A stretch of DNA of 64,000 nt, from the NCBI RefSeq assembly GCF_009914755.1, contig NC_060931.1. The stretch is one strand, 5' to 3'. The notes beneath the pieces were generated by a model. It did not search any database, was not told the DNA's origin, and worked only from the letters and a program-made list of their open reading frames with translations. This DNA comes from the human T2T-CHM13v2.0 reference genome, Homo sapiens. Position numbers and translations under genes: made by a program. Every line of letters starts with the position of its first letter. Positions within the stretch are counted from its first letter, which is position 1. Positions 15,559-32,289 of this stretch are shown here, piece after piece.

Positions 15559-18500
15559 GAGTCAATGTTGCCTTTCTGCCAGTCTCATAAAATATGTGCT
15601 TATACGAGCATTGGTTTGGTTTTGTTATTGCCGAGTCATTTTTAAATTTTTTTAACTATATCATTTTAAAGGACTTTACCCACATAAAGAAGGTGTTGCC
15701 CTGGGGACTGGCTGAGAGAAATTACAGGTAAGTGAAAAGTAAATGGAAGCACAGGCTTCATGATTAAGCCAAATATATATTGACTTATATAAATCAAATT
15801 AACAAATAGAAGTTTGCATGTATATACAGAAAATGAAATTTAAAACGTATATAAATGTATACACATTTTGAAAAGTATCCTAAATATGTGAATATTTCAA
15901 ACAGTTTAAGAACAAGGGCACTAAATTACTCATATATTTGATTCATTTCTCTAGTTCACTTTTCATTTGTAAACAATACATAAGACCTTTCTACAAGATT
16001 ATTTTTAGCCTTTTTAGACTGCTAGTGAAAAGTATAATGAGCTAATTTATCTAAAATACTCCAATTGCTGAGATAACTGACTCCTTTTAACATTTTTTCA
16101 TTAATTATAATAGAGTTTTAATTACCATTGGAAGGTTTTATAATTAGTTAACGTCTAGTTATATAATCAGTGACCATAAGCTTTCTAATTGACATAACAC
16201 CTAAAAATTACTCAAAGCATGTTGTAGTGTTGCTTCATGTCAATAAATGGAACCTGAATTCCATTTATTTTAGAGAGGATGGGCTAGTGAAATTTATCAA
16301 GGATGTGCTGTGGCTTAATGCTTTTTTTGGCACACCTACGAATGTCCTTGTAGAGGCTAGAAAAAGGAAATTCACAAAGAAGTTTGTGATTTATATATAC
16401 TATAGACCCATTATTAGCTAGGGTGAATGAAGTGAGTTTATCAAGTTGTTTTCATTGAAAATTACATAATATCAAATTATAACAATATACTTTTCTATAA
16501 TTTTCAATGGTAAAAATAGTAAACCTGAAAGGAAATGGAATTCAATAATTTAAATTTTAAGAGCAATTTGTTAACAGAATTGATTTTTCCCAATTCTTGT
16601 AGCTTTGCAACCAATGACAAGTCATATTTCAATAAACATAAATTAGAGAAAATCTAGAAATATTTTGATAAGCATTGTTGCCATATGCAATGATTGTGTA
16701 TATCCAATCTACCTACCTTTGTGCTTCAACTCCATAAACTGTTTTTATTTTTCTCCTGAAGAAAGTCACAAAAAAATAAAGTTTTATGCACTTGCCAAAA
16801 AGCAGTGTTTAAGTTACCAAACTGGTCATCATTTCTACCCCCAGCTCTGATTTGCTTTAGTTAGCCAATTAATTTCTAGAATCCCAGTGTATATTAAACT
16901 GTGTTGAACTGCTCACAGTCCAGAAATTACTTCTCTGTATCTGCCTATCTTAACTCACCATTTGGATCCCATTTGTTTGACTTGCTCTTTTCAATCTCTC
17001 TTTTGGTGCCAAATTGCCCAAATACTGTTTAGTACTAATATTTTGGCTGACCTTTTTTACCTAATTAGGTGTTCAAACGACTTTATCCTGCATGTACCAA
17101 ATATATACTATCATATCAAGTATCCCAAGGCCTGTTTTAAAGGAAGGGATAATAAGAGTATACTTTAATAATCTGTACATCATATATGCAATACATTAGC
17201 AATGGAACACTTATGAATTTGGCGAAAGGCCAGGGCATAATTATTTGCTGATTAGCTAGAATAGTCCAACATTTAGGATATAGCGCTTCTTACAGGACAT
17301 TTCATTGTACAATTTGAAAAGAAAAGTGATGATCACTTAATTATGTAATAACTATGCTTGTTTTGGAGTTATCTGTTTAGGCAGTTTCATAATGGTATCC
17401 AGAGCTAAAGTACTTTATATGTTATGTCATCTTTTATTTCATGTTGAAATCTCCTCAGGGTATGAAATACAAAATGACAGTGATTCAAAGTTGGACAATA
17501 ATGTGCATTTCTAGGTCCCGTGTTTTTGTGCTGCTAGGTGTGAGTTCTTAAAAATATTTACTATAAATTATACTGCTCTATGCTTATAGTTAATTAAGAA
17601 TTTCTGATTTTTTATTTGTAATATTTTTTACTCACAGATATTTTGCTAATAGATGCATTTAATCCTTCACTATAAGTATCATTTCTGCAGCATTGCAACA
17701 AAATTCAGCCTTTGAGTATTTTAAAATATATTTTAAAAACTATTTTTATATAAAGTTAATACAAAATTATTTATATCTCTCTCCTTAATAGTAGAAAATA
17801 ACTTTAAGTGATTAAAACAAAGGATAACTTTTTTTTCTAAGACATCCTCTTGAAGTTAAAGATGGCTTGTGTATCCTCTGTTCTTGAACTAATGAATGAT
17901 GTTTCCCAAGAGGCCTGAGCCAAACTGTGACCAGTCCAGCACCTTTGACTCCATTTAGAATGGAAGAATTGAAGATTCTTAATAAGTTTGTTGTGCACTT
18001 AAGAAAATATAGTAAATAAATATAAAAGAAAGGATCTTAAGAAAAGGCGATGGATTTTCATAGGGCCATTTTAAGTTAGTCTAAGTGGCTTTGTCAACAG
18101 AGAAATCTGAGGAGTGTTGCTACTAAAAGTAAAAAACATTAACACGTTGCAGAACAGTTAAATGTTAATGCTTTTCCTTGGCTAATTCTCTAAACTAGTT
18201 CTAAAAAGTAATTAGCGGTTTTCTATTATATACCAAAAAACCCCACATTTTCAAACTTACACCACTGCTTTGTATTTAGCACAATATGTGTGGGCAACAT
18301 TGGGATAAGAAGTAAAAGCAAACCATATCGTTGCATTCAGATGGTTACAAATAATGCACAAAAATGAACACGACTTCCCCATTTATAGATTTTGATGTTA
18401 GATTCAGATGGAAAAAGTTGTGAAGAAAACTTCTGACAAATGTTCATGCTTATCCAGAGAAGTTTACTATATACCAGCTATGCTTTTGTAAAAGTAATCT

Positions 18501-18580
18501 CTTTCTAATTTGATCTTATCACTTCTATGATACAAGTTATCTAATAACCACATGCAACTGATTATAAAACCACAATTTAA

Positions 18581-20273
<1,693 letters not shown>

Positions 20274-20579
20274 GAAAAATATAGCTCAAAAACAAAACAA
20301 AACAGAAGTTTGGATTAAGGTTACACTGCAGAAAGTGGCAGAGTCCAAATTCAAACTCCTGCTGAGTTATTCTACTCTCATCTTGGCTGGCTCTCTTAGT
20401 GTTAGCAGTATAGAAAGAAAAATAGGCCTATTTCAGCAATGCATGCAAGACAACATCTCATAAGGGTTCAAGGGATGAACTGACTATCTCCTATAGGACT
20501 CTTTCTGCCAAATATAGGTTTCTGGCTGCTGCTCTTCTCCTAATTCCATCCTTCCTCGCCTTCTCTGTCAGAGTAATTG

Positions 20580-22500
20580 TTATAACTATTTATTTGTCAT
20601 AGTATTATTTCATTACTCTTTTAAGGTTCATGGGATCTGCAGTGATGTTCTTTCTTCATTTCTGATATTAATAATTTGTGTTCTCCTTTTTTCATGGCTT
20701 TGTGAAGAGATTTATTAATTTTATCAATTTTTCAAATAACTAGCTTTTAATTTTGTTGATTTTTCTCTATTGCTTTCCTGTTTTCAATTTCATTGATGGA
20801 AATCTTTTTTATTATTTCCTTTCTTCTGCTTACTTTGGATTTCATTTACTCTTCTGCTAGTCTCCTAAAGGTGAAATTGTAGATTCCTGATTTAGATCTT
20901 TCTTCTTTTCTAATCTACTTATTTAATGCTATAAATGTTCCTCTAAGCACTGGTTTGGCTACATCCCACAAATTTTGAAAAGTTGTGTTTTCATTTTTAT
21001 TAAGTTCAAAATATTTTAAATTTTCTTTTGAGATTTCTTGTTTAACTCATTTATTTACAGGTATATATTGTATAATTTTTAGATATTTTGGGATTTTCCA
21101 GTTGTCTTTCTGGTATTGATTTCTAATTCAATCTCATTGTGGTCTGAAAACCAATATTGTTTGATTTCTATTCTTTTAAATTATTAAGATGTGTCTTATT
21201 ACCCAAATGCGGTCTGTTTAGGTGAATGTTCCAAGTGAGCCTGGGAAGAATGCATATTCTGCTGTTACTGAATGAAGTAGATTATAGATGTTCATTATAT
21301 CCAGATGATTGATGGTGTTATTAAGTTCAACTATGTCCTTAATTTTCTGCCTGCTGGATCTGTCCCTTTCTGATAGAAGGATGTTGAAGTCTCCAACTAT
21401 GATACTGAATTAATCTATTTCTCCATGCAGTTCTATCATTTAAATAGTTTGATGCTCTATTGTCAGATGTATACACATGAAAAATGTTATTTTTCATGAA
21501 AAATTAATCATTTTATCATTGTATAATGCCCCTCTTTATCCCTAATAACTTTCCTCACTTTGAAATCTGCTCTGTCAGAAATCAACATAGCTATCCCACT
21601 TTCTTTTGATTAGTGTTAGTATGGTGTGTTTTTCTCCTCCATCTGTTTACTTTCAATTTATAAGTGTCATTATATGTGTCTTTATACTTAAAGTGGGTTT
21701 CTTATAGACAATGTATGTTTGTGTTTTAGTTTTTGATCCATTCTGAAAAACCTCGGTCTTTTAATTGGTGCATTTAGATTGTTAATATTCTAAATGACTA
21801 TGGATATAGTTGGATTAATATTTACTGTATTTGCTACTTTAAAAGAAGTTTTCTTGTCCTTGTTCTTTGTCTCCATTTTTCATTCTACCCTTTTTCTGCC
21901 TATGTGGTGTTAATTAAGCATTTATATGGTTACATTTTCTCTCCTTTCTCAGCAGATAAGTTATAGTTCTTTTTTTACATTTTAATTAGTAGCCCGAGTT
22001 TGCAATATACATGTACAAGTAACCTAAGTACACTTTTGAATAATACTATACCACTTAATGTGAATGAGAGTACTTTATAATAACAAAATAATCATAATTC
22101 CTCCCTCCTATTTCTTGTATCATTGCTGTCATTCATTTTACTTATACATAAGCATACATAACAATGAGTAAAAAACAAGTTTTTATTTTACCTGTACTTA
22201 TCCCCTCTCTAATGTTCTTCCTTTCTTTATTGCATCCACGTTTCTGACCTATATTATTTTTCTTCTCTCTAAAGAACTTATGTTAACATTTCTTGCATGA
22301 TGTGTCTACTGGTACCAAATTCCTTCATTTTTGTTTGTGTGATAAAGTCTCTTTTTCTCCTTGCCTTTTGCGGGATAATTTTGCAGGGTGCAGAATTCTA
22401 GATTAGTGGGGAATTTTTGTGCTCTGAACACTTTAAATATTTTACATCACTCTATTCTTGTTTGAATGGCTTCTGAGAAGTGAGATATACTTTTCTTTGC
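20580..22500 (-). mobile_element. Ancient L1M (MC/MD-like) LINE fragment
   Basis: T-rich antisense L1 ORF2 remnants, e.g. ATGTTGAAGTCTCCAACTAT and TAATGCCCCTCTTTATCCCTAATAAC. Confidence 0.7.
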
Positions 22501-23576
22501 TCTTCTATAAATAAGAAGTCCCCCAAACCATGGCTGAATTGGGAATTAATTCATAAGTACGTACTATGTGATCTCCTAAGTAAATTTTTCCCAGTCACTA
22601 AGTCTTTGTGTTTACTACGGAGTTAATTTTATTATTAAATGTTTTTGGTTGTTATTTTTCCCCAATATTTCTAATTGATTTTCTTATATATCTTACTTTT
22701 CTAGTTTCACTTTGTCTATTGTGCAGTCTTTTGTAAAGGGAAGATAGCCCTTTGCTTATCTCATTAAGCAATTTTAACATATATTTTGAAGTCTTTATCA
22801 CATATTTCCTCAAAGCTATTTTTCTGGAATTTATTCATTTTCTGGTTATTGATTTTACTGACTTTGTGAGCAATTTTTTAACTCATGGATCTCAAAATTT
22901 TAACAAAGAGACCTGTTTAGAGGATTGTTTCCACACTTCTAAATTCTTTGCTTTTACTCCTCTTCATCTAACATTTTGTGATGCCCGTTGTCTGCTCCCA
23001 AGACTCTCCAGTCAGAAACAGGCTTTAAAGTTGTATTTTTGGGGTCCTGTGACATGGTTAAATCAAGAATATCAAAGATCCAGGTAAAATACTCCTGGAT
23101 TGCTTGGTATCATTTCAGGTTGAATGGCTTTATCTGTGTCTTCCTGCTTTTATAAGTCTACCTTGATGATGATGGTTGGAAATAGTATTTTCGATGATTT
23201 GCTCCTTTTTATTGTTTATTTTAATTATTATCTATTCACACGTAAGGAGATCCATTCTCAGCATCTGACTCCAAAAAGTGAATCAGAGACCTATTGTCAA
23301 ATGTCAAATCCCTTTGAACTCTTACCTTGAATGAATAAAACACTGGTATCTATTTCCTTTTTTAAGCTAAGAATGCAGTGATTTCATGATTCAGTCTCAC
23401 TCACAATTTTGTAGTTTTATTTTATTTCTTATGTTCTGAACCTATTTATTTTTTCTTGTTCCTATTTTTATTTTACCTATCACTGGAGCTGAGGGGGTGA
23501 ATCAAATGTATTCTATGGAGTCATCGTGTTGGAAGTCTGAAATTCATGTTTATAGTATAAGCCTCTTTATTTCTTA

Positions 23577-23877
23577 TCTTTTATTTGTTATTGGGGAGGT
23601 ACTGTTAATCACTGGTTTTAAATCACATTTTGTCTCATTATATCAAGGATACAACTGTAAAAGTTAGAAAATAGTTTTTTCGTTATTGTAAACATACCTA
23701 AAAGGTAGGGGTTTTTTTTGCTGTGGAATTTTAAAAGTTACTTCTGATAGATAGCTTTTGGCCTGAATTTTCTATATATTTTCTTGTCATTGCAATGACT
23801 AGTATAAGAGATAATGTGGTACTAAAATATACTAATCTCAAAAGAGTATGTGGCTTACATTAAACCCTTACAAAAAT
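23577..23877 (+). repeat. ~300-bp segment, probable donor copy of a dispersed direct duplication
   Basis: Aligns by eye at ~94% identity to 31292-31589. Confidence 0.95.
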
Positions 23878-24599
23878 GAAATATGTATTTAATAAGACTT
23901 TCATTGAGCAAATAGGAACATTTTATATTAGTAATGTTCCCTACAGAATGCTAGGTAATGTAGGGATATTATGTTAATATCTGGCTACATTTATATGAAA
24001 ACTTTATTTGTATAATTAACATATTTTAATTAGTTGTGAACTTCCCTTTATAACAGTCTTCCTAAAATGATTAATATATTTTGCTTTGAGAAATGACACA
24101 TTAAATGTGCATGCACATACCTGAAGAGTTTAATGGATTTATGATTATTAAAACCAATGCATCTATAAAAATTGCTTGACCATTGGGTTTAATGTAAAAG
24201 GTCAGAGTGTTCTAGGTTTAAAAATTCTTATTTTTAAGGCTCACTAGAGAAGGTGTAAAAATCTACCTTCCAGGAGAGAGAATTGTAGTTCAGATGTTTA
24301 CCATCCTTGGCTTTTTAACCTCTGAAATTTTAAAGGACAGTTGTGCTACTTAATGCACTTTTATATTTCTTGATGGGAAAGTGCATTTTCCTCCTACTAA
24401 AACCAAGAATTCCTACAAAATTCCTCTTTGAGCTCAATGCAAGAGTGAAACATACACCTTTATAAAAGAATGTGTGAGGCAAAAGACTATTTGATATAAA
24501 GAATTGTTTCTTGTGTGGATAAAAGATTTTTGTAAAGTGTATATAGGTACCACGATACTATGCTGAATTCTTTTTCTTCTATTTATCTTTCTCTTTTGG

Positions 24600-27500
24600 T
24601 GAGGGGAGCATACACGTAATATTTTGATACATGCATAGAATGTGTAATGATTGAGTCAGCATATTTAAGGTATTTAAGGTACTCAAGTAATTATAATTTC
24701 AATGTGTCGGGAACATTTCAAGCCCTCCCTTCTACCTATTTTGAAATATACAACACATTGTTTTTAACTCTCGTCACTCTACTCTGCTATCAAACATTAA
24801 AACTTATTCCTTTTATCCAACAGTATGCTTGTGCCCATTAACCAATAGCTCTTCATCACACACACCCACACACACACATACATTCTGCAGCCTCTGTTAA
24901 CTATCATTCTGCTCTCTACGTTCATGAAATCAACTTTCTTAGCTCCCACATATGAGTAAAAACATGCAATATTCGTCTTTCTGTACCTGGCTTATTTCAC
25001 TTAACATCATGGGCTCTAGTTCCATACATGTTGCTACAAATGACAGAATTTCATTCTTCTTTATGACCAAGTAGTATTCCAATGGGTATATAAACCATAT
25101 AGTCTTTATTCATTTATCTGTTGATGGACACTTAGGTTGATGCCATATTTTGGCTATTGTGAATACTGCTGCAATAAACTAGAGTGAAAATATCATTTTG
25201 ACATACTGAGTTCCTCTACTTTGAATAAATATCTAGTAGCAGAAGTGCTAGACCATATGATAGTTCAATTTTTTGTGTTTTGAGAAACTTCCATGCTGTT
25301 TTTCATAATGTCTATACTAATTTACATTTCCAACAACAGTGTTTAAGATTTTTTTTTCTCTGCATCTTCACCAGCATTGTTTTTTTTTTTTTTTTTTTTT
25401 TTGGTTGTTTGTGTTTAAACTTTTTAAATAATAGCCATGCTAACTGGAATAAGATGATATTTCATTGTGGTTTTAATTTGCATTTCTCTGATGATTAGCA
25501 ATGTGGAACTTTCTTTCATATAGCGGTTGGCAATCGGTCTTTTGAGAAATATCGAATTCATCCCTTTGGACCACTTTTTAATGGATTTGCTTTTTTGCTG
25601 TTGAGTTGCTTGTATTCTTTGTATATTCTGGATGTTAGTTCCTTGTTGGATAAATAGTTTCCAAATATTTTCTCATATTCAACAGATTGTGTCTTTATTC
25701 TGTTAATGTTTCCTTTGTTGTACAGAAGAGTTTTAGTTTAATATAGTCCAACTTTTGTTTTAGTTGGCTGTGCTTTTGAGTTCTTAGCCATAAAATATTT
25801 ACCTAGACCGATGTCCTGGTGTTTTTTCCCTATGTTTTCTTTTAGGAATTTTATAGTTTCAGGTCTTACATTTATATCTTTAGTTGATTTTGAGTTAATT
25901 TCTATATATTGTGAGAGATATGGGATCTAATTTTATTCTTGTGCTTATGAATATGCAGTTTTTCCAATAGCATTCATTTTAGAAGGTGTCTTTTTCCAAT
26001 CTATGTTCTTGGTGCATTTGTTGAAAATCAGTTGATTTGGAATACATGGGTTTATTTCTGGGTTCACTATTTTGTTCAATTGATCTATATGTCTGTTTTT
26101 ATACTAATACCATGCTATTTTGGTTACAATATCTTTGTAATATATTTTGCAGTCAGGTAGGGTAAAGTGCTTTGGCTATTAAGGCTCTTTTTAAATTCCA
26201 TACAAATTTTAGAATTTTTTTTCTATTTCAGTGAAAATGACATAGATATTTTGATAGGGATTTCATTGAATCTGTAGATTGATTTGGATTGTGTGGTCAT
26301 GTGAATGATATTAAATCTTCTGATCCATGGGCATGAGATGTCTTTCCATTTCTTTCTGTTCTCTTTAATTTCTTTCATCAGCGTTTTGCATTTTTCCTTT
26401 TAGAGGTCTTTCACCTCCTTGGTTAAATTTGTTCCACAATATTTTAATTTTTTGTAGCTATTATAAATGGGAATGCCTTTTTTTCTTTCTCATTTATTTC
26501 ATTATTGGTGTATTAGTCAGTACTCATGCTGCTATAAAGAACTGCCTGAGACTGGGTAATTTATAAAGAAAAGAGGTTTAATTGACTCACAGTTCTGCCC
26601 AGCTGGGGAGGTTTCAAAATACTTACAATCATGGTGGAAGGGGAAGCAAACATGTCCTTCTTCACGTGACAGCAGGAGAGAAAAGAATGTGAAGGGGGAA
26701 GCTCCCTTATAAAGCCATCAAATCTTGTGAGAACTTACTATCACGGGAATAGCATGAGGAAAACCTCCCCCATTATTTAATTACCTCTCACCAGGTCCCT
26801 CCCACAACATATGGGGATTATGAGAACTACAATTCAAGGTAAGATTTGGGTGAGGACACAGCCAAATCATATTAATTGGCTTATAGAAAACTGATTTTTG
26901 TATGTTGATTTTGTATCCTGCAATGACACTGAATTTATTTATCAAATGTAAGAGGTTTTCAGTGGAGTCTTTAAGTTTTTCTAAATATATGATCATGTCA
27001 TCTTCAAAGAGGGACAATTTGAATTCCTCCTTTCCTTTTTGAATTTTTTTTTCATTTACTTTCTCTTTTTTTCCTCTTCTCTGATTATCATGGCAGGAAC
27101 TTTCAGCACTATTTTGAATAGGAATGGTGACAAAAGTGGATATCTTTTTCTTGTTCTAGTTCTTAAAGGAAAGGCTTTCAGCTTTTCCCCATTTATTTTG
27201 ATGTTAGCTGTGATTGTGTCATATATGGCCTTTATGATGTTGAGGAAAGTCCCTTCTATGCCAAGTTTGTGGAGATTTTTTATCATTAAAGGCTCTTAAA
27301 CTTTATCAAACTTTTTTTCTGCATCTATTGAGATAATCATATAATTTTTGTCCTTCATTCTGTTGTGATATATTGTATTTATTGATTTGCACAAGTTGAA
27401 CTATGTTTGCATCCCACTTCATCATGGTGTCTTATCTTTTTGATGTGCTGTTGGATTCAGTTTGCTGGTATTTTGTTAAAAATATTTGTGTCTATGTTTA

Positions 27501-27840
27501 TCAGGATATTGGCCGTTAGGTTCCCTTTTTGTTCTTGTGTCTTTGTCTGGTTTTGATATTAGGATAATTCTGGCTTTGTAGCATACATTAGGAATAATTT
27601 CCTCCTGTTAAAATTTTTGGAAAAGTTGTAGGATAATTGCTGTTAGTTCTTCTTCATATGTTTGGTGGAATTCAGCAGTGATGCCAGCTAGTCCTGGCCT
27701 TTTCTTTGTTGGAAGACATTTTATTACTGATTAAATCTTTCTAGTTGTTGTTGGTCAGTTCAGATTTTCTATTTATTTCTGATTCAGTCTTGGCAAGTTG
27801 TATTTGTATAGAAACTTACTTATTTTCTCTAGGTTTTCCA
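24600..27840 (-). mobile_element. L1MA-type LINE-1 3' portion, interrupted by a THE1 LTR
   Basis: L1MA 3'UTR (TATTTTGAAATATACAAC..., GCTTATTTCACTTAACAT); degenerate ORF2 peptides 26781-27017 and 27056-27286 ([22 protein letters not shown]). Confidence 0.85.
26509..26874 (-). mobile_element. THE1C-like MaLR solo LTR with 5-bp TSD
   Basis: TGTATTAGTC...GAGACTGGGTAATTTATAAAG...GACACAGCCAAATCATATTA; TSD ATTGG at 26504-26508 and 26875-26879. Confidence 0.88.
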
Positions 27841-30800
27841 GTTGAAATTTATTTTATCATCGATGTTTTTCCTGCCATTCTTTAATAAGAAAGACAGGCA
27901 TTAATAACTGTTTAGCACCAAATATATGTCAGGACACTTCTAAATATGTTGTATCTTTTTAAATTTTACCTTCAGAAGAATCCTCAAATATTGGTTGCTA
28001 TCCCCATATTTAGGTGAGGATAGGGAAGTATAGCCAAAGTTTAATCTGGGTCTCTTCATCCCTACATTGGAAAGAGAACTGGTCTCTTCCCGTTCTATGG
28101 TGGAGATGAACTTTCCAGCATAAAAATAAATGCATGTATCTGGCTATTGACATAAATTATTAATTATCCCACCTTGTATCAAAAGTATTTCTCATGTTTA
28201 ATAAGTAAGGAAAATTAAATTATATAATACATTTACTTTAGAAATAAATTTTAAATCAAACATTGTAGTGGGGCTTGGAATGAGAATTTCCACAGCCAAC
28301 GCTACAGTCAAAGAACAAAAAGAGCAAGATTTCATTTCTTTATTAGTGCAAAAGCACTTACATATTGGTATGAAGTAGTTTAACCCCGTAAGAGGAGAGA
28401 TGGTATAGAAGACACTGCACAAAATGTAACAGACTGCAGAAATGAGTACACCTATAAGAGAAAGCTGTGCTGCTGATTTTATTTTCTGTATTTGACAGAA
28501 ATGCATCAATCAACAAACTTGGATTTGTTGTGCTGATTGTCTGGAAGTATAGTTTCCTTACTGCTGAGTATAGGTTAATTTTTGTTGCTTCTTTCTTTTA
28601 CTGTATGCTACGTCCAAATATATCTATGATTTCTGCAGGGCAAGAGTGATAGGAGTGGGCTCAATATTTGGTTAAGTCTTAACAGTGGACAGGAAGCATG
28701 CTTAAGGTCACCGTTCTTCAGTGTTGAAGATTCAGAGACCATGATCTTGTTCTCTTTTCTCATCTGTCCTCTTGCCTTATCATCTCTTTTTGATCCTTCC
28801 TTCAACTCTTCCTTCCCTTTAGTCTCTCTTCTATTCACTTTCTATTGTATAACTTTCTATTCTATTCTATGTTTGAGAGGCAAAAAGAATAATAATTCTG
28901 GAGCCTTCATTATTTTTGAAAATATTCTTTGATTTCCTCAGACAATGTATTCCACAAATAAATTTTCTCCCCTTGAAAGTTCTTTATAGAGACCTGACAC
29001 CAATACAATTTCTTTAATTTGCTCTATGCCTTAAATTTTAAGTGTTGTACAAAGTTGAGGGGCTTAAGATAATTATCAAACTAATATAATAAGGACGAAG
29101 AACATGTTAAAAATAAATTAACTACATATAGTATCATAAACCTTAAAAAACCTTAAAAAAGTCTCCACCTATTAATTTAGAATAAGTAAAAACTGATAAT
29201 AGAGTGACATGGATAATGTCTAAGCCCATGTACTATTAGTATCATAATTTATTGGTGACAAGTAAAAATATATTTTATGTAAAATTTTTATCAAGTTTTA
29301 CCTTGCTAAAACTATAGTTTATTAAAAGTAAAATAATTTATACTGTATGTCCACACTTAGTAAACTTCAAGTCCAATGGACTGGAGAAATCATAACCTTG
29401 ATTACTACATCAAAAATGACTTTAATGAAATAAATTACATGGCTTCTTTGATGTTACCTAGTTACTTCTTGGTATCAATTTAGGTATAAATATGCTAATA
29501 TATTTTAGTTATATATAGGAAATAAGCAAATATGCTGAGCATTTATCTTTCTTTCTTTCAACTTCTATTGTTCAAGAGACTCAATAAAGAGAATATGATG
29601 CAGTAAATTATAAATGTCATTGGAAAAACATGAGAGCCATGCATATAAAGGTGTTTAAAATGAGCAAAAGTCTCTAGAGATTAGAAAGAGTATAATGTAG
29701 GATAATATGTTAAAGAAAATGCATTCCATTATTTTCTTTCTTATCATAGATATTTTATAAAATTATACAGAGAAGAAAATACGTGATATATGTTTTAATT
29801 AAAATATTACATTGACAATTTATTAATAGAGGTAATTCTAGATGGTATTTGGTTATGAATTTGTTTCCTTTAAAAAGGCTCTCTGGTCTACAAAATATAG
29901 GAACATCATTTTTGGTAAAATACAGTGAGTATGCTTCATATCCTTATCTGTGAACCACTCTTGTTTCTATCTATTTACTACGACTATTTCCAGAATTTAT
30001 GGTTTTACATTTATCACCGCCTTCACAATGGAACTGCTACTTTTATAAAGACCTATATATCGCTGTAGCTGTAACTAAGTTTTCATTGTTGTTTTTAGTT
30101 GTTGTCTCTCTTGCTTAAAGACTCTGGCTGTTTATCTCAGAGCACGTACAGAAATTGAAATGTACAAAAGTGGAAGTTATTAAATAGAGACCACACAAGA
30201 TACCCACTCTAATTGAATGAAGGCCTTTTCATGACATCAATTCAGCTGCAGTATCTTCAGTTCTTACAGTGGGGAAGCCAGAATCTCTAGACATGGGAAG
30301 AAGGGCTTATGAGTTGTGTTCTGGTAGGTGTAAGAAATGGTAAGTAAGTCTCATCCCCAAGGACATGGTTAAAAAAAAATTTGAGTGGCATTTTTGGAAT
30401 GGGACCTAGGTTTCTGCATCTTAAAAAAGCTCCAAAGACCTAAAAATACTTAAGAACAAACATTGAGTAACAAGTGTACGGTGAACTAGTCTGAAACCGC
30501 CTATGAAGTACATGGTGTTTTCTTAGATTCTTGGTTTATTTAGTGTTACTGTGAAAGTCACTGGAGACTGAGGCATTCTCCTGAACTCCCAGCCTCTCCA
30601 GCTACCTTTTATTCTTGCAACTAAATTCATAAAATTAATATTCAAGCTCAGTGTTGACTGAATCAGAAACAACTGTAGATCAAACTCGCACAGCTTTAAG
30701 GTTGAAAATGTTTTTTGACACACACACGCAAGGTAATAAGAATCACAAATGACAGGTAATTCAAGAAGCAGCTACAGATACAAAACAAAGCAAAACTTCA

Positions 30801-30929
30801 CATAATCATTTATTGTAGATCTCTTAAGCCATACATTCAATATTTCACATTTTTGTTACTTTGCAGTAGCATTGTTAAAATATAAGTATATAGTCACTGG
30901 TAATAAATTTAAAATGTATACATTTAAAG

Positions 30930-31783
30930 TGTAGGGACCAATGGAAACATTTCCGTTTGTCCTCTGAAATTTTGCTGTAAAATCAACTCACAAAAGACTG
31001 ATTGATTGGAGCAAAGGCATACAAATGTATCAACATGCATATGGGGAAGAACCACGGAGTGATTACATAACCCCAACCTTCAAGTGTGGTTCAGAAGCAT
31101 ATATGCCATACTGAGATTACAGAATGTATGAGGCTTGGCTCTGACAAAACAGGTTATAGTGGCAAAACAGGTTACAGGAGGGAAAAAGAGGAGACATGGC
31201 TAGCAAAGATGGTTTTGTTACGTAGGTGGAAACCCACAGGTAGCAACCCTCAAAAGATGTAGTAAATGTTTCTTTGAGATCTTGAAAGCTGTCTTTTATT
31301 TGTTATTGGGGAGACACTGTTAATCACTGGTTTTAAATCCACATTTTATCTCATTATATCAAGGATACAACTTTAAAAATTAGAAAATAGTTTTTTCATC
31401 ATTGTAAACATACCTGAAAGGTAGGAATTTTGCTGTGGAAGTTTAAAAATTACTTTTGATAGATAGCTTTTGGCCTGAATTTTCTATTTATTTTCTTGTC
31501 ATTGCAATGACTAGTATAAGAGATAATGTGGTACTAAAATATGCTAATCTCAGAAGAGTATGTGGCTTACATTAAACCCTTACAGAAATTAATGTTTGTT
31601 AGGGTTCCACAAGGCAAGGCCTCAGAGAAACCCGGCCACATCGATGCACATTTTCTACAGATGCAAATCTCCCCCACAAAAGACAGCTTTGCAGGGCTCA
31701 TTCTGTTTACAAGCCCTCTTAATAGCGATGTCAAAATATGTTAAATAAGTATATTTTGGGGTGAAATATTTTGATTTCTTTCA
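30930..31783 (-). mobile_element. MER39/MER34-like ERV1 solo LTR with 4-bp TSD, interrupted by a foreign 300-bp insert
   Basis: TG...CA ends; TATATTTTGGGGTGAAATATTTTGATTTCTTTCA terminus; TSD AAAG at 30926-30929 and 31784-31787. Confidence 0.75.
31292..31589 (+). repeat. Copy of 23577-23877 inserted into the LTR
   Basis: Direct repeat 7.7 kb from the donor; LTR sequence resumes on both sides. Confidence 0.95.
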
Positions 31784-32289
31784 AAAGCATAACTCTGAAC
31801 AAATGCAAGAATAAACAGGAACAGAACCACAGTATGATAACATACCTAATCAAGGAAGGCACTTTCTTATAGCTTGGAATGCATTACTTTTTCTCTGTAT
31901 TTGCACAATTCTATTATGTTTTGTGTCCTGCCACTTTAGCCATAGAATGGACATCAATCTTCATTGAAATATCATAAGACCCCTGCATGAGCAAATCTGA
32001 TTGAACTTTCTGTTTGCTAAGTTATTGCATTTCTTACATTCATTTAGAAATGTAAGTAATAATGAATGCTTTTAAACAAAGAATTTTAACATTTCATACT
32101 TTTACACTTTGTGGGACTATAGACTGCAATTTAGAATTAATAGAAAAGTCAAGGATATTTGTGAAGAATTTAAGTATGAGAAGGAATGCTTGCGCCAGAA
32201 AAAAAGTCCAAGAAAGACTTTCTATCATGGAAAACCAGGAGATAACTCTAAAGAAAAACGATGCTTACAAACTCAAGAGCTCAAAATGA

